A DNA stretch of 64,000 nucleotides from assembly GCA_017531985.1 (NCBI GenBank), contig JAFXJY010000019.1, positions 1,009 through 65,008 on the forward strand. Direction: 5' to 3'. A model generated the notes under the pieces. That model saw nothing but the letters and a program-made list of their open reading frames with translations. It did not search any database and was not told the DNA's origin. Shown here piece after piece: positions 28,042 through 37,057 of this stretch (position 1 is the first letter of the stretch; each line of letters opens with the position of its first letter). The stretch comes from Bacteroidaceae bacterium (GTDB lineage: Bacteria; Bacteroidota; Bacteroidia; Bacteroidales; Barnesiellaceae_A). The translations under genes and the position numbers were made by a program.

Positions 28042-29118
28042 ATGACAACAGAACAGAGTACAATCTACGAGGGACTTCCTCTGAAAGATACTAAGCGAAC
28101 CGAGATTGCGACATTAGGCGAATTTGGTCTTATCAGACATCTAACGTCGGAGATGCCGATAGTAAACACATCGACCCGCAAGGCAGTGGGCGATGATGCT
28201 GCGGTATTGCATTACGGCGATAAAGCTACGCTGGTAACTACCGATTTGCTACTGGAAGGGGTTCACTTCGACCTCACATATGTTCCATTGGCACATCTTG
28301 GCTATAAAGCTGCTGTTGTAAATTTCTCGGACATATATGCCATGAACGGCACTCCGCGACAGATTACCGTTTCGTTGGGCATCTCGAAGCGTTTCTCTAT
28401 TGAGGACATCGAGCAGTTATATAGCGGTATCAAGTTGGCTTGTGCCAACTATAATGTCGATATAGTAGGAGGAGACACCTCGGCATCTATGACAGGACTT
28501 ACCATCAGTATTACCTGCATAGGCGAGGGCGAAGATGGCAAGATAGTGTATCGCAGTGGTGCCAAGGATAACGACCTCATCTGTGTGAGTGGCGACTTGG
28601 GTGCTGCTTATATGGGATTGCAGTTATTGGAACGAGAGAAATTTGCCTTTAACGGAGAGCAAGACTTTACTCCCGACTTCGGAGGCAAAGAGTATCTGCT
28701 GGAACGTCAACTCAAACCCGAGGCTCGACAAGATATTATCGCAGCACTTGCCGAGGCCGGTATTGTTCCAACGGCAATGATGGATGTGTCGGACGGACTG
28801 TCGTCGGAATTGCTTCACATCTGTCATGAGAGTGGAATGGGTTGTCGAGTGTACGAGGAGCGTATCCCCATCGATTACCAAACAGCCCTGATGGCCGAGG
28901 AACTGAATATGAACCTTGTTACAGCAGCTCTCAATGGCGGTGAGGATTATGAATTGCTCTTTACCGTACCCCTTACCATGCACGATGCAGTGAGTGCCAT
29001 ACCGGGGGTTAAGGTAATAGGTCATATGACAGCAGCTTCGTTAGGCAGCTACATGATAACCCGCGATGGAGGCGAAATAAAGCTACGAGCCCAAGGGTGG
29101 AACTCGTTGGAGGAGTAG
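28042..29118 (+). CDS. thiL: thiamine-monophosphate kinase
   Basis: LGEFGLIRHL..AVGDDAAVL.. with an AIR-synthase-like fold pattern; 358 aa. Confidence 0.85.
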   Translation: MTTEQSTIYEGLPLKDTKRTEIATLGEFGLIRHLTSEMPIVNTSTRKAVGDDAAVLHYGDKATLVTTDLLLEGVHFDLTYVPLAHLGYKAAVVNFSDIYAMNGTPRQITVSLGISKRFSIEDIEQLYSGIKLACANYNVDIVGGDTSASMTGLTISITCIGEGEDGKIVYRSGAKDNDLICVSGDLGAAYMGLQLLEREKFAFNGEQDFTPDFGGKEYLLERQLKPEARQDIIAALAEAGIVPTAMMDVSDGLSSELLHICHESGMGCRVYEERIPIDYQTALMAEELNMNLVTAALNGGEDYELLFTVPLTMHDAVSAIPGVKVIGHMTAASLGSYMITRDGGEIKLRAQGWNSLEE

Positions 29119-29195
29119 TGTAGATCGTATCATAGAGCAAGAGTGTGTCGCGATGGGTTCTTCCCATATACCGACACACTCTTGTTGTATCTACA
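29119..29195. terminator. long nested hairpin between convergent thiL and zupT (probable bidirectional terminator)
   Basis: CAAGAGTGTGTCG (29138-29150) pairs with CGACACACTCTTG (29172-29184). The outer TGTAGAT pairs with ATCTACA, and there is an inner ATGGG/CCCAT pair. Confidence 0.55.
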
Positions 29196-29200
29196 CCTTG

Positions 29201-30001
29201 CTAAGAAAGTAAAATGAGGCTTGCTGCCATTATCATCATACCCACCACCATACCCCAAATGGCAACGTGTGGCTTGCCGTACTCTCGGGCTGCGGGCAAC
29301 AACTCATCGATGGAGATATATACCATGATACCGGCGACTGCCGACAGAACTGCCCCCAATACTACCGGTGTCATAAACGGCATGAGAACAAAGAAAGCAA
29401 GTAAAGCACCCAACGGCTCGGCAAGTCCCGAGAGGAGCGAGAAAGCAAAAGCCTTTTTCTTACTTCCGGTGGCATAATAAATGGGAATGGAGACGGCTAT
29501 ACCCTCGGGGATGTTGTGCAGTGCGATGGCACAGGCAATGGCTACACCTATCGAAGGATTACTCTCGGCTGCCATAAAGGTGGCTATACCCTCGGGAAAG
29601 TTGTGAACGGCTATTGCCAAGGCTGTGAGCAGTCCCATGTGCTGCAAGCGATTATTTTCAGCCTCGACAGGATTATTCAAATGCTCGACCCGACGTATCT
29701 CATGAGGGTTCTCGAACGAAGGTACAAGTTTGTCGATAAGACCTATCAAGCCCATACCAACAAAGAAAAACAAAGCAGTACCTAACTCGCCCAGTCGTCC
29801 GTTCCAAGAGGATTGAAACAGCTCGCGTGCCTGATCGAAAAGCTCGACAAACGAAACATAGAGCATCACACCCGCCGAGAGTCCGAGCGTGAAAGAGAAA
29901 AATCCACGAGAGGTGCGACGCGAAACAAAGGCGATAACGCTACCAATGCCGGTAGCCAGTCCGGCAAATAGTGTGAGTAACAGAGGGTATAATAGTGACA
30001 T
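29201..30001 (-). CDS. zupT: zinc transporter ZupT (ZIP family)
   Basis: HNFPEGIA and HNIPEGIA motifs in a 266-aa polytopic protein. Confidence 0.85.
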   Translation of the reverse strand: MSLLYPLLLTLFAGLATGIGSVIAFVSRRTSRGFFSFTLGLSAGVMLYVSFVELFDQARELFQSSWNGRLGELGTALFFFVGMGLIGLIDKLVPSFENPHEIRRVEHLNNPVEAENNRLQHMGLLTALAIAVHNFPEGIATFMAAESNPSIGVAIACAIALHNIPEGIAVSIPIYYATGSKKKAFAFSLLSGLAEPLGALLAFFVLMPFMTPVVLGAVLSAVAGIMVYISIDELLPAAREYGKPHVAIWGMVVGMMIMAASLILLS

Positions 30002-30176
30002 GGTAATAAACGTTTGTAGGGGTTATCGTTTTTAGTTGCCGGTTTGAAGTTATCGCTTTGACCGGAACTATATTGTCACTCCAAAAATAGTAATTCTCGC
30101 CGACATCTACAATATAATATGCAAATATTGAATAAAGATTAACAGTCCGAAATTTTGAATTACCATCTTTCGGTAT

Positions 30177-30184
30177 TACCTTTG
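30177..30184 (+). promoter_or_regulatory. Bacteroides-type -7 box abutting the rarA start codon
   Basis: TACCTTTG ends 4 nt before the ATG at 30189. Confidence 0.45.
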
Positions 30185-30188
30185 TAAT

Positions 30189-31466
30189 ATGTTTGAACCA
30201 TTGGCCGAGCGGCTACGACCGCGTAATCTCGATGAATATATCGGGCAGGAACACCTTGTGGGACAAGGTGCAGTGTTGCGTCGCATGATAGAGAGTGGCA
30301 ATATAGCCTCATTTATCTTGTGGGGACCTCCGGGCGTGGGCAAGACAACTCTTGCTCACATTATATCGGTGCAGCTGAAAACGCCATTCTATACGCTCAG
30401 TGCTGTATCGTCGGGTGTCAAGGAGGTTCGCGAAGTATTAGACCGTTGCAAGGTCAACCTCTTTACCAAGGCACGTCCCATCCTCTTTATCGACGAGATA
30501 CACCGGTTCAACAAGTCGCAACAGGACTCATTGCTGGCAGCAGTTGAGCAGGGTACGGTCACGCTGATAGGTGCAACGACCGAAAATCCGTCGTTCGAGG
30601 TGATACGACCGCTGCTGTCGCGTTGTCAAGTCTATGTACTGCAACCGCTCGAAAAGCATCACTTGGAGACACTGTTGCATCGTGCCATCACCACCGACAG
30701 CAAGCTGAAAGAACGCAAAATAGAGATCGAAGAGACCCATGCATTGTTTCGCTACTCGGGTGGCGATGCCCGCAAGTTGCTGAACATCATCGATCTCATT
30801 GCACAAGCCACGCCCGAGGATGAACCGATAGTCTTCAACGACGAAGTGGTGACACTGCGACTGCAACAAAATCCCGCAGCCTACGACAAGAACGGCGAGA
30901 TGCACTACGACATCATATCGGCCTTTATCAAGAGCATCCGAGGCAGTGACCCCGATGCAGCCATCTACTGGCTGGCTCGCATGATAGAGGGTGGCGAAGA
31001 TCCTGCCTTTATAGCCCGACGACTGGTCATCTCGGCGGCCGAAGATGTGGGATTGGCCAACCCTAATGCACTGCTACTGGCCAATGCTTGCTTCGACACC
31101 TTACAGAAGGTGGGATGGCCTGAGGGACGTATCATCTTGGCTGAAACGACCGTCTACTTGGCAACAAGTCTCAAAAGTAACTCTACCTATTTAGCTATCG
31201 ACGAGGCACTTGCCTACGTCAAGCAGACGGGCAACCTGCCTGTACCGTTACACCTACGCAATGCTCCCACTAAGTTGATGAAGCAACTCGACTACGGTAA
31301 GGAATACAAGTATGCCCACGACTACCCGGGTCACTTCGTGCGACAACAATATCTGCCCGACGAGGCGGTGAATATGCACTTCTGGCATCCGCAACAATCG
31401 CCCGGTGAGCAACGCATACTCGACACCATGCGACACTTCTGGGGCGAACGGTACAAGGATGAGTAA
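30189..31466 (+). CDS. rarA: replication-associated recombination protein A (AAA+ ATPase)
   Basis: GPPGVGKTT (Walker A), LFIDEIHRFNK (Walker B) and a MgsA C-terminal region; 425 aa. Confidence 0.9.
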   Translation: MFEPLAERLRPRNLDEYIGQEHLVGQGAVLRRMIESGNIASFILWGPPGVGKTTLAHIISVQLKTPFYTLSAVSSGVKEVREVLDRCKVNLFTKARPILFIDEIHRFNKSQQDSLLAAVEQGTVTLIGATTENPSFEVIRPLLSRCQVYVLQPLEKHHLETLLHRAITTDSKLKERKIEIEETHALFRYSGGDARKLLNIIDLIAQATPEDEPIVFNDEVVTLRLQQNPAAYDKNGEMHYDIISAFIKSIRGSDPDAAIYWLARMIEGGEDPAFIARRLVISAAEDVGLANPNALLLANACFDTLQKVGWPEGRIILAETTVYLATSLKSNSTYLAIDEALAYVKQTGNLPVPLHLRNAPTKLMKQLDYGKEYKYAHDYPGHFVRQQYLPDEAVNMHFWHPQQSPGEQRILDTMRHFWGERYKDE

Positions 31467-31521
31467 TAAGTTTCCGTTAGCAGTTTCCCGTCTTTCAGAC
31501 GCAGGGATAGTGCTAAGGCAT

Positions 31522-31682
31522 CACACTCCCCCAACTTCGCCTTCGCTCGTTGGGGGTTATTCATACTCGGGCTGACGCCCTCGTCCCGTCCTCCGGACGC
31601 TGAGGCTGATAGGGTTACCATTTTCGCCCCTGTGTTTTCTCATAAGGTAGGGACGCACCAGCGGTGCGTACGGTTATTATAA
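31522..31682 (+). repeat. ~160-bp direct repeat R1 (palindrome-rich)
   Basis: By hand alignment it is about 92% identical to 32102..32264. It contains the hairpins CCCCCAAC..GTTGGGGG and GGGACGCACC-agc-GGTGCGTa. Confidence 0.8.
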
Positions 31683-31897
31683 ACGTCGGAGACGTTGTGC
31701 AGTGGAAACCCCATGTGAGCGGAGCGTTACATGGGGTAGATGTGTGTGCGTGTGGTATCCTTACGTCGAAGACGTTACGCTCCTGCAATTCCTGTACTAC
31801 GTCTCCGACGTAGTGGCATATCCTGTCACCTTGCACCCCACGATTTCGCACTGCGTGCTTCATCATGGGGTTTCGATAGCGATACGTCTGCGACGTA
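31682..31897. repeat. four dispersed ACGTC-N3-GACGT mini-palindromes
   Basis: aACGTCggaGACGTt (31682-31696), ACGTCgaaGACGT (31763-31775), ctACGTCtccGACGTag (31798-31814), tACGTCtgcGACGTa (31883-31897). A CCCCATGT..ACATGGGG hairpin lies at about 31709-31736. Confidence 0.7.
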
Positions 31898-32101
31898 ATG
31901 TTTGTTATCATTTTCGCCCCTGTGTTTTCGTCAGAAAATATAGGGGAGATGTCGAGCCTTAGCGAGACTGAGGGGTTAAAAATAATAAAAATCAGGTGTG
32001 ATAGACCATGCTCGCTTGAATGCATCTGTTAGGTCACAACCCCTTCCCCCTGCGGGGACTTCCCCTATCTCGCTACGCTCGCAGGGGCAGAAAAGGTTAC
32101 C

Positions 32102-32264
32102 TCACGCTCCCCTAACTTCGCCTTCGGCTCGTTGGGGGTTATTCATACTCGGGCTGATGCCCTCGTCCCGTCCTCCGGACGCTAAGGCTGATAGGGTAAC
32201 CATTTTCATTCCTGTGTTTTCTTCTGAGGTAGGGACGCACCAGCGGTGCGTAGGGTTATTATAA
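32102..32264 (+). repeat. ~160-bp direct repeat R2
   Basis: A second copy of R1, 580 bp downstream. A 21-nt fragment of the same unit (cattttcgcccctgtgttttc) also occurs at 31909-31929. Confidence 0.8.
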
Positions 32265-32333
32265 TATTGATTTACATATAATTATACCATCAACGCACCA
32301 ACGGTGCGTCCCTACTTGCGAGGGTACAATAGT

Positions 32334-32371
32334 TAGAAAAATCCACGCTCGCAGGAAAAGGCGAGCGTGGA
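32334..32371 (-). terminator. intrinsic terminator of the TIR gene
   Basis: On the minus strand, TCCACGCTCGC-cttttcct-GCGAGCGTGGA (11-bp perfect stem) is followed by TTTTTCT. It lies about 45 nt after the stop codon. Confidence 0.7.
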
Positions 32372-32416
32372 AAGATTTAAAGGCTCGTTGCATAAGCAAC
32401 TCGCTGAAAGCCTAAA

Positions 32417-33544
32417 TTAAAAAGCGGCAGCTGCGCGGACGTAGAGATTGTCGAAATCCTTATCGTCGTAGTCGAGATCACCATCATCCATATCGACATC
32501 CCACGCGTCCCAATCGCTGGATTCGCTGTATTCAGTTGATGACCAATACCATCCGTCATCAAGTAACGTACCGCCTTGCTTAGAGAGGGTGGCATTGATT
32601 TTATCTTTGTTGCGGTACATTGTCAATAGTTCTTCCTTCGAGGGCAGATACCAGTTGCTACCCTTGTTGCGACACCACATAAAGGCTCGGTATTCATCGC
32701 GGTCGCTGCGTGAAAGTATCTTATCGGTATTGGACTTACCGTCGCTATCGCTCGATGCTCCGGTGGTAATGTTTTTGCCGTACTGAGAAGAGGTACACCA
32801 ACAGGTTTTACCTCTATCCATACTCAATACCTTGCCATGTCGTCCGCCATCGCTTACCTCAAAGACTACGCCGCGTATGCCATTGCGGTCGTAGTAGTCG
32901 CCTACCTGATAGGTTGGCTCAGCTTCGGAGTGTGTAGCCACAGGCTGCTCCGAGGATGTACCTACCGCCGGCTTATTGGGATTGAGTTCCTCCCACAGCC
33001 GCTCTATCTCACGTTCTTTTTCTATGCGTTGTTTTTCGGCTTGTCTATATAAAAGTCGAGCTTTCTCAAACTCGGTGCGAGCTATATCTTCGGCTTTTTT
33101 CAATGCTTGGCACTCTTCACGCAACTGAGCCAACATGGCCTCTTTTTCTTTGCGACCTTGGTCTTCACACCCCAATTTCTGCAACGCTTCGATAACTTCT
33201 GCTTCGCTCTCTATCCACTGTACATTGATAAAGACAAAGTCCAATTCATCGTTGTCGTCGAAACGAAAATCGCCGATACGATATGGTACGATTGTCTTGT
33301 GATGCTTGTTGGCAAAGAGAATTTCTTTCTGCGTCCATTCGGATGATGCCGAGTGCGATGATGCGATGAATACTACAACCTTGCACCGGCGGATATATTG
33401 TGTTATCTCGGATAAAAAATTGGCTGAGCCATGAATATTGCGGTCAATCCAATAACTGATACCTGCCTTGTCGAGAGCATGGCATAGGCTGTCGGCTACT
33501 GCCTTATCCTCGCGTGAATAACTGATAAAAACGTCGTATTTCAT
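32417..33544 (-). CDS. TIR domain protein with central coiled coil and C-terminal DUF1566/Lcl-C-like domain
   Basis: N-terminus: MKYDVFISYSREDK..FIASSHSASSEWTQKEILFA (TIR_2-like, with a W..E motif). Residues ~125-185 are charged and heptad-like. C-terminus: YQVGDYYDRNGIRGVVFEV..NWYLPSKEELLTMY..GWYWSSTEYS..LYVRAAAAF (DUF1566-like). Confidence 0.75.
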   Translation of the reverse strand: MKYDVFISYSREDKAVADSLCHALDKAGISYWIDRNIHGSANFLSEITQYIRRCKVVVFIASSHSASSEWTQKEILFANKHHKTIVPYRIGDFRFDDNDELDFVFINVQWIESEAEVIEALQKLGCEDQGRKEKEAMLAQLREECQALKKAEDIARTEFEKARLLYRQAEKQRIEKEREIERLWEELNPNKPAVGTSSEQPVATHSEAEPTYQVGDYYDRNGIRGVVFEVSDGGRHGKVLSMDRGKTCWCTSSQYGKNITTGASSDSDGKSNTDKILSRSDRDEYRAFMWCRNKGSNWYLPSKEELLTMYRNKDKINATLSKQGGTLLDDGWYWSSTEYSESSDWDAWDVDMDDGDLDYDDKDFDNLYVRAAAAF

Positions 33545-33684
33545 GGGTGTGATTATTTTCTATGTGCAAAGATAATGTTTTCTTTCTCATAATAGACCCT
33601 ACGATGAGCAAAATCTACACCGCAGCTATCGCCCGGTGGAATATGATAGTGAACTTCCATCGGTAGGTTCTATAAATCTCCCAT

Positions 33685-33721
33685 AAAAAAAGACCGCACC
33701 GGACACGAAGGGTCGGTGCAG
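33685..33721 (-). terminator. intrinsic terminator of the DPP3 gene
   Basis: On the minus strand, CTGCACCG-..-CGGTGCGG stem followed by TCTTTTTTT. Confidence 0.6.
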
Positions 33722-33771
33722 CCTTGTAAGGTCAAACTATTGATTGAAGTTCCCTTAACAATCAATGGTTA

Positions 33772-35820
33772 TTAATCGTTGTATGCAGGGAGTGTGCGAT
33801 ATTGCTCAGAGTAACGCAACATCTGCTCGGCGTAACCTTCGGTGTAGTCGAGTGTTACAGCAGTGATGTTACCTTCGGCATCGGTTTCGGCATTGTAAAC
33901 GGGGTTAACAAAGCCCTTGTAAGGAGCAAGGTTGAGTGCTTCGTAACGCTCCAATACCTCCTTGTGCAACTCGGGGTCAACCTTAACAGCATATTTCTCA
34001 ACCAATTGACGACCGGCTTCGTAGTCGCCTTCGCTCTTGATGCGTTGTATCTCGGCGAGTTGTTGACCGAAGATGGTACGCAACTTGTCATAATCGTTAA
34101 TCTTGACATATCGTTTGCCATCGCGAACAGCCAACTCGATAACGTTGTCGGCCTTACCGAGATCGTAAGCCCAAGCAGCAATAAGTTGACGGTCACGCAT
34201 GTGACTCTCCTCGATGTCCTTACCGGGTTCGATACGGTGCAATTGAGTCATCAAACCGTTCATCATTTGCTGATAGTAGCAAGCCTTGTAAGCCTCGGCG
34301 TTGGGGATGATGCCGAGTTCGACCAACTTAGCATCGGCGATGTAATAGAGAGCAAAGAGGTCGGCACGAGCCTCTTCGAGAGTAGAACCATGAGCTTTCA
34401 ATGCATCGGGATCGACACCGGGAAGCAACTTACCCGAACCGTGACCCAAGCACTCGTGGAGGTCGGTGTGGAGACCACCTGTTATGGCACCATACTCTTC
34501 GAGCAACTTGCGTTCTACATCACTGTAAACGAACTCTTCGTTAAAACCGTTACCCTTGGCAGCTTGGTTGTAAGCATCGGTAATGTTGTCGATTGTAACC
34601 GACTTAGAACCATGAGCGGCACGTATCCAGTTGGAGTTGGGCAGATTGATACCGATGGCAGTCGAGGGATAGCAGTCGCCTGCAAGGATAGCAGCAGTGA
34701 TAACCTTGGCAGTCACACCGGTAACGTTTTCTTTCTTGAAGCGGGCATCGGTGGGTGAGTTTTGCTCAAACCATTGAGCATTCTGGCTGATCAACTCGGT
34801 GCGGTGTGAAGCCTTCAAGTTCTTGAAGTTGACAACAGCTTCCCAGCTGGCTTTCATGCCGAGAGGGTCGCCATAAGATTCGGTAAATCCGTTTACGAAG
34901 TCAACACGACTGTCGAGGTCGTTAACCCAGAGGATAGCATACTCGTCGAATTGTTTCAAATCGCCCGATTTGTAATATTCAATAAGTTTCTCGATAACGG
35001 CACGTTGTTGGTCGTTTTCGGCTACTGATGCAGCTTTTTCGAGCCAGTAAACAATCTTTTCGATGGCTTGACCATAGCGACCACCTTGCTTGTAGACCTC
35101 TTCATATATCTTGCCGTCACGCTTCACGAGGCGACTGTTAAGACCATACGAGATGGGAGTCTCTTTGTTGGGGTCGGCAGCTTTCATTTGAGCATAGAAA
35201 GCCTCGGCCTCGGCTTGTGTTACACCATCGTAGTAGTTACCGGCAGATGTTTTCACTACATCCTCGCCATCGGCTTGGTTGGTACGCTTAGGCATAACGG
35301 TGGGGTCGAACATAATGGGAGTGATGAACGACAAGAATTGCTCCACAGTTTCGCCTTCACGAAGGGGCAACTTAGTTGCATCGGCAGCTTTGAGAGCCTC
35401 GGCAAAGAATTCTTGCGAGAAGGCAGGCATAATCTTATCGCTCGAATAGTGGTGGTGCATACCATTGGCAAACCATATCTGCTTGATATAGGTTTCAAAA
35501 GCAGCCCAATCGGCAGTGTTGCGATCGCCTTGATAACCGGTATAGATGGTTTCGAGGGTTTGACGGAGAGCCAAGTTCCACTTACCATTTTGGTCAAAGA
35601 GGATGTCACGACCATAGAGGGCAGCCTCTTGCAAGTAGTAGACTAATTTCTTCTGATCGAGGGTCAACTCATCAAAATCGGTAACTTGATAGCGAAGGAC
35701 TTCCAAGTCGGCAAAACGCTCAACAGTGTAATCAAACTCGGCAGTCGCCTCTTTCTCGGCTCCGGGAGCACATGAAAGTAATGACAATGAAGCCAACATA
35801 ATACAAAGGTTTTTCTTCAT
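33772..35820 (-). CDS. dipeptidyl-peptidase III (M49 family) lipoprotein
   Basis: HECLGH plus EEARAD match the M49 zinc motifs (bacterial HExxGH variant). The signal peptide ends in LLSC. Length is 682 aa. Confidence 0.85.
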   Translation of the reverse strand: MKKNLCIMLASLSLLSCAPGAEKEATAEFDYTVERFADLEVLRYQVTDFDELTLDQKKLVYYLQEAALYGRDILFDQNGKWNLALRQTLETIYTGYQGDRNTADWAAFETYIKQIWFANGMHHHYSSDKIMPAFSQEFFAEALKAADATKLPLREGETVEQFLSFITPIMFDPTVMPKRTNQADGEDVVKTSAGNYYDGVTQAEAEAFYAQMKAADPNKETPISYGLNSRLVKRDGKIYEEVYKQGGRYGQAIEKIVYWLEKAASVAENDQQRAVIEKLIEYYKSGDLKQFDEYAILWVNDLDSRVDFVNGFTESYGDPLGMKASWEAVVNFKNLKASHRTELISQNAQWFEQNSPTDARFKKENVTGVTAKVITAAILAGDCYPSTAIGINLPNSNWIRAAHGSKSVTIDNITDAYNQAAKGNGFNEEFVYSDVERKLLEEYGAITGGLHTDLHECLGHGSGKLLPGVDPDALKAHGSTLEEARADLFALYYIADAKLVELGIIPNAEAYKACYYQQMMNGLMTQLHRIEPGKDIEESHMRDRQLIAAWAYDLGKADNVIELAVRDGKRYVKINDYDKLRTIFGQQLAEIQRIKSEGDYEAGRQLVEKYAVKVDPELHKEVLERYEALNLAPYKGFVNPVYNAETDAEGNITAVTLDYTEGYAEQMLRYSEQYRTLPAYND

Positions 35821-35858
35821 AACATTAGAAAATATTAAATGGTTAGTTTAAGTGATTA

Positions 35859-37043
35859 TTATTCGACATACAATACCAATCCTTTGAGGTATTCACCCTC
35901 GGGGTGGTATATATTGACCGGGTGGTCGGCGGGCTGAGTGAGCTGATGCAAGATGCGAACTTTGCGACCCGACTGAGCAGCCGCCGTAAAGACTGCAAGT
36001 CGGAAATGCTCCTTGGTGACCACTTGCGAACAAGAGAATGTAAACAAGATGCCACCGGGACGTATCTTCTCGAAGGCCTTGGCATTGAGTTTGCGATAAC
36101 CTTGCAGGGCATTATTCAGCACCTTGCGATGCTTGGCAAAGGCCGGTGGATCGAGTATTATCAGGTCGTAGTTACTACCCATCGCATCGAGATACTTGAA
36201 GGCATCCTCGGCAAAGGCTTGGTGACGAGCATCGCCGGGAAAGTTCAACTCGACATTGCGACAAGTAAGATCGATGGCCTTGGCCGAACTATCGACCGAG
36301 TGAACCAACTCGGCACCTCCTCGCATGGCGTAGAAGGAGAAACCACCTGTGTAACAGAACATGTTCAACACTTTGCGATTGCGAGAATAACGTTCGAGCA
36401 AGGCACGATTCTCACGTTGGTCGACAAAGAAACCGGTCTTCTGTCCACGCAACCAGTCGACATGAAAGGTCAGTCCGTTCTCAGTAGCAGTGTCCTCACC
36501 TACTCCACCCAACAGATATTCGTTCTCTTGTTCAAGAGCGGCTTTATATGGAAGAGTAGTTTCAGACTTATAATATATATTATCGAGCTTATCGCCCATC
36601 ACTTCTTTCAGAGCAGCAGCCAGTGTGTGACGAGCATAGTGCATACCGGGGCTGTGAGCTTGCACAACGGCGGTATTGCGATAGATGTCGATGATGAGTC
36701 CCGGCAGATGATCGCCTTCGCCATGCATAAGGCGATAGGCGTTGTTATAATCGCCATTCTCCAATCCCAAACTGCGACGCATACGATAGGCAGCACTCAA
36801 TCTATCACGATAAAACTCTTTATCGATCTCGACCGGCTCGAAAGATAAGATGCGAACGGCAATGCTACCCACTTGATAGTGACCTACACCAACAAAGTGT
36901 CCTTGCCAATCTTCGACAGTAACCACATCGCCTTCGACCGGCTCACCAATCACTCGCTGTATGGCCCCCGAGAATACCCACGGGTGAAAACGTCGGAAAG
37001 AATCCTCTTTACCGGGCTTGAGTATAAATGTACTCTGTGTCAT
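35859..37043 (-). CDS. rlmI: class I SAM-dependent 23S rRNA m5C methyltransferase (RlmI-like, PUA + MTase)
   Basis: The 394-aa product has N-terminal ..RFHPWVFSGAI.. (PUA-like) and C-terminal ..VLNMFCYTGGFS..DPPAFAK.. (SAM MTase motifs). Confidence 0.75.
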   Translation of the reverse strand: MTQSTFILKPGKEDSFRRFHPWVFSGAIQRVIGEPVEGDVVTVEDWQGHFVGVGHYQVGSIAVRILSFEPVEIDKEFYRDRLSAAYRMRRSLGLENGDYNNAYRLMHGEGDHLPGLIIDIYRNTAVVQAHSPGMHYARHTLAAALKEVMGDKLDNIYYKSETTLPYKAALEQENEYLLGGVGEDTATENGLTFHVDWLRGQKTGFFVDQRENRALLERYSRNRKVLNMFCYTGGFSFYAMRGGAELVHSVDSSAKAIDLTCRNVELNFPGDARHQAFAEDAFKYLDAMGSNYDLIILDPPAFAKHRKVLNNALQGYRKLNAKAFEKIRPGGILFTFSCSQVVTKEHFRLAVFTAAAQSGRKVRILHQLTQPADHPVNIYHPEGEYLKGLVLYVE

Positions 37044-37057
37044 AAGATTAAAGTTTT

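Noticed and set aside
31615-32025. A 136-aa ORF and several 60-96-aa ORFs inside the rarA-TIR spacer, considered as possible small partner genes of the TIR protein.
   Set aside because: They run through palindromes and direct repeats, so the same DNA 'codes' on both strands. They lack plausible starts with promoter context and have Arg/Pro/Gly-rich junk composition. I treat the tract as non-coding.
31522-32264. Direct repeats R1/R2, considered as a CRISPR array or as retron msr/msd-type repeats linked to the TIR gene.
   Set aside because: There are only two full copies, of ~160 bp each, with a 420-bp spacer. That is far from CRISPR geometry. No cas gene and no reverse transcriptase is present anywhere in the window.
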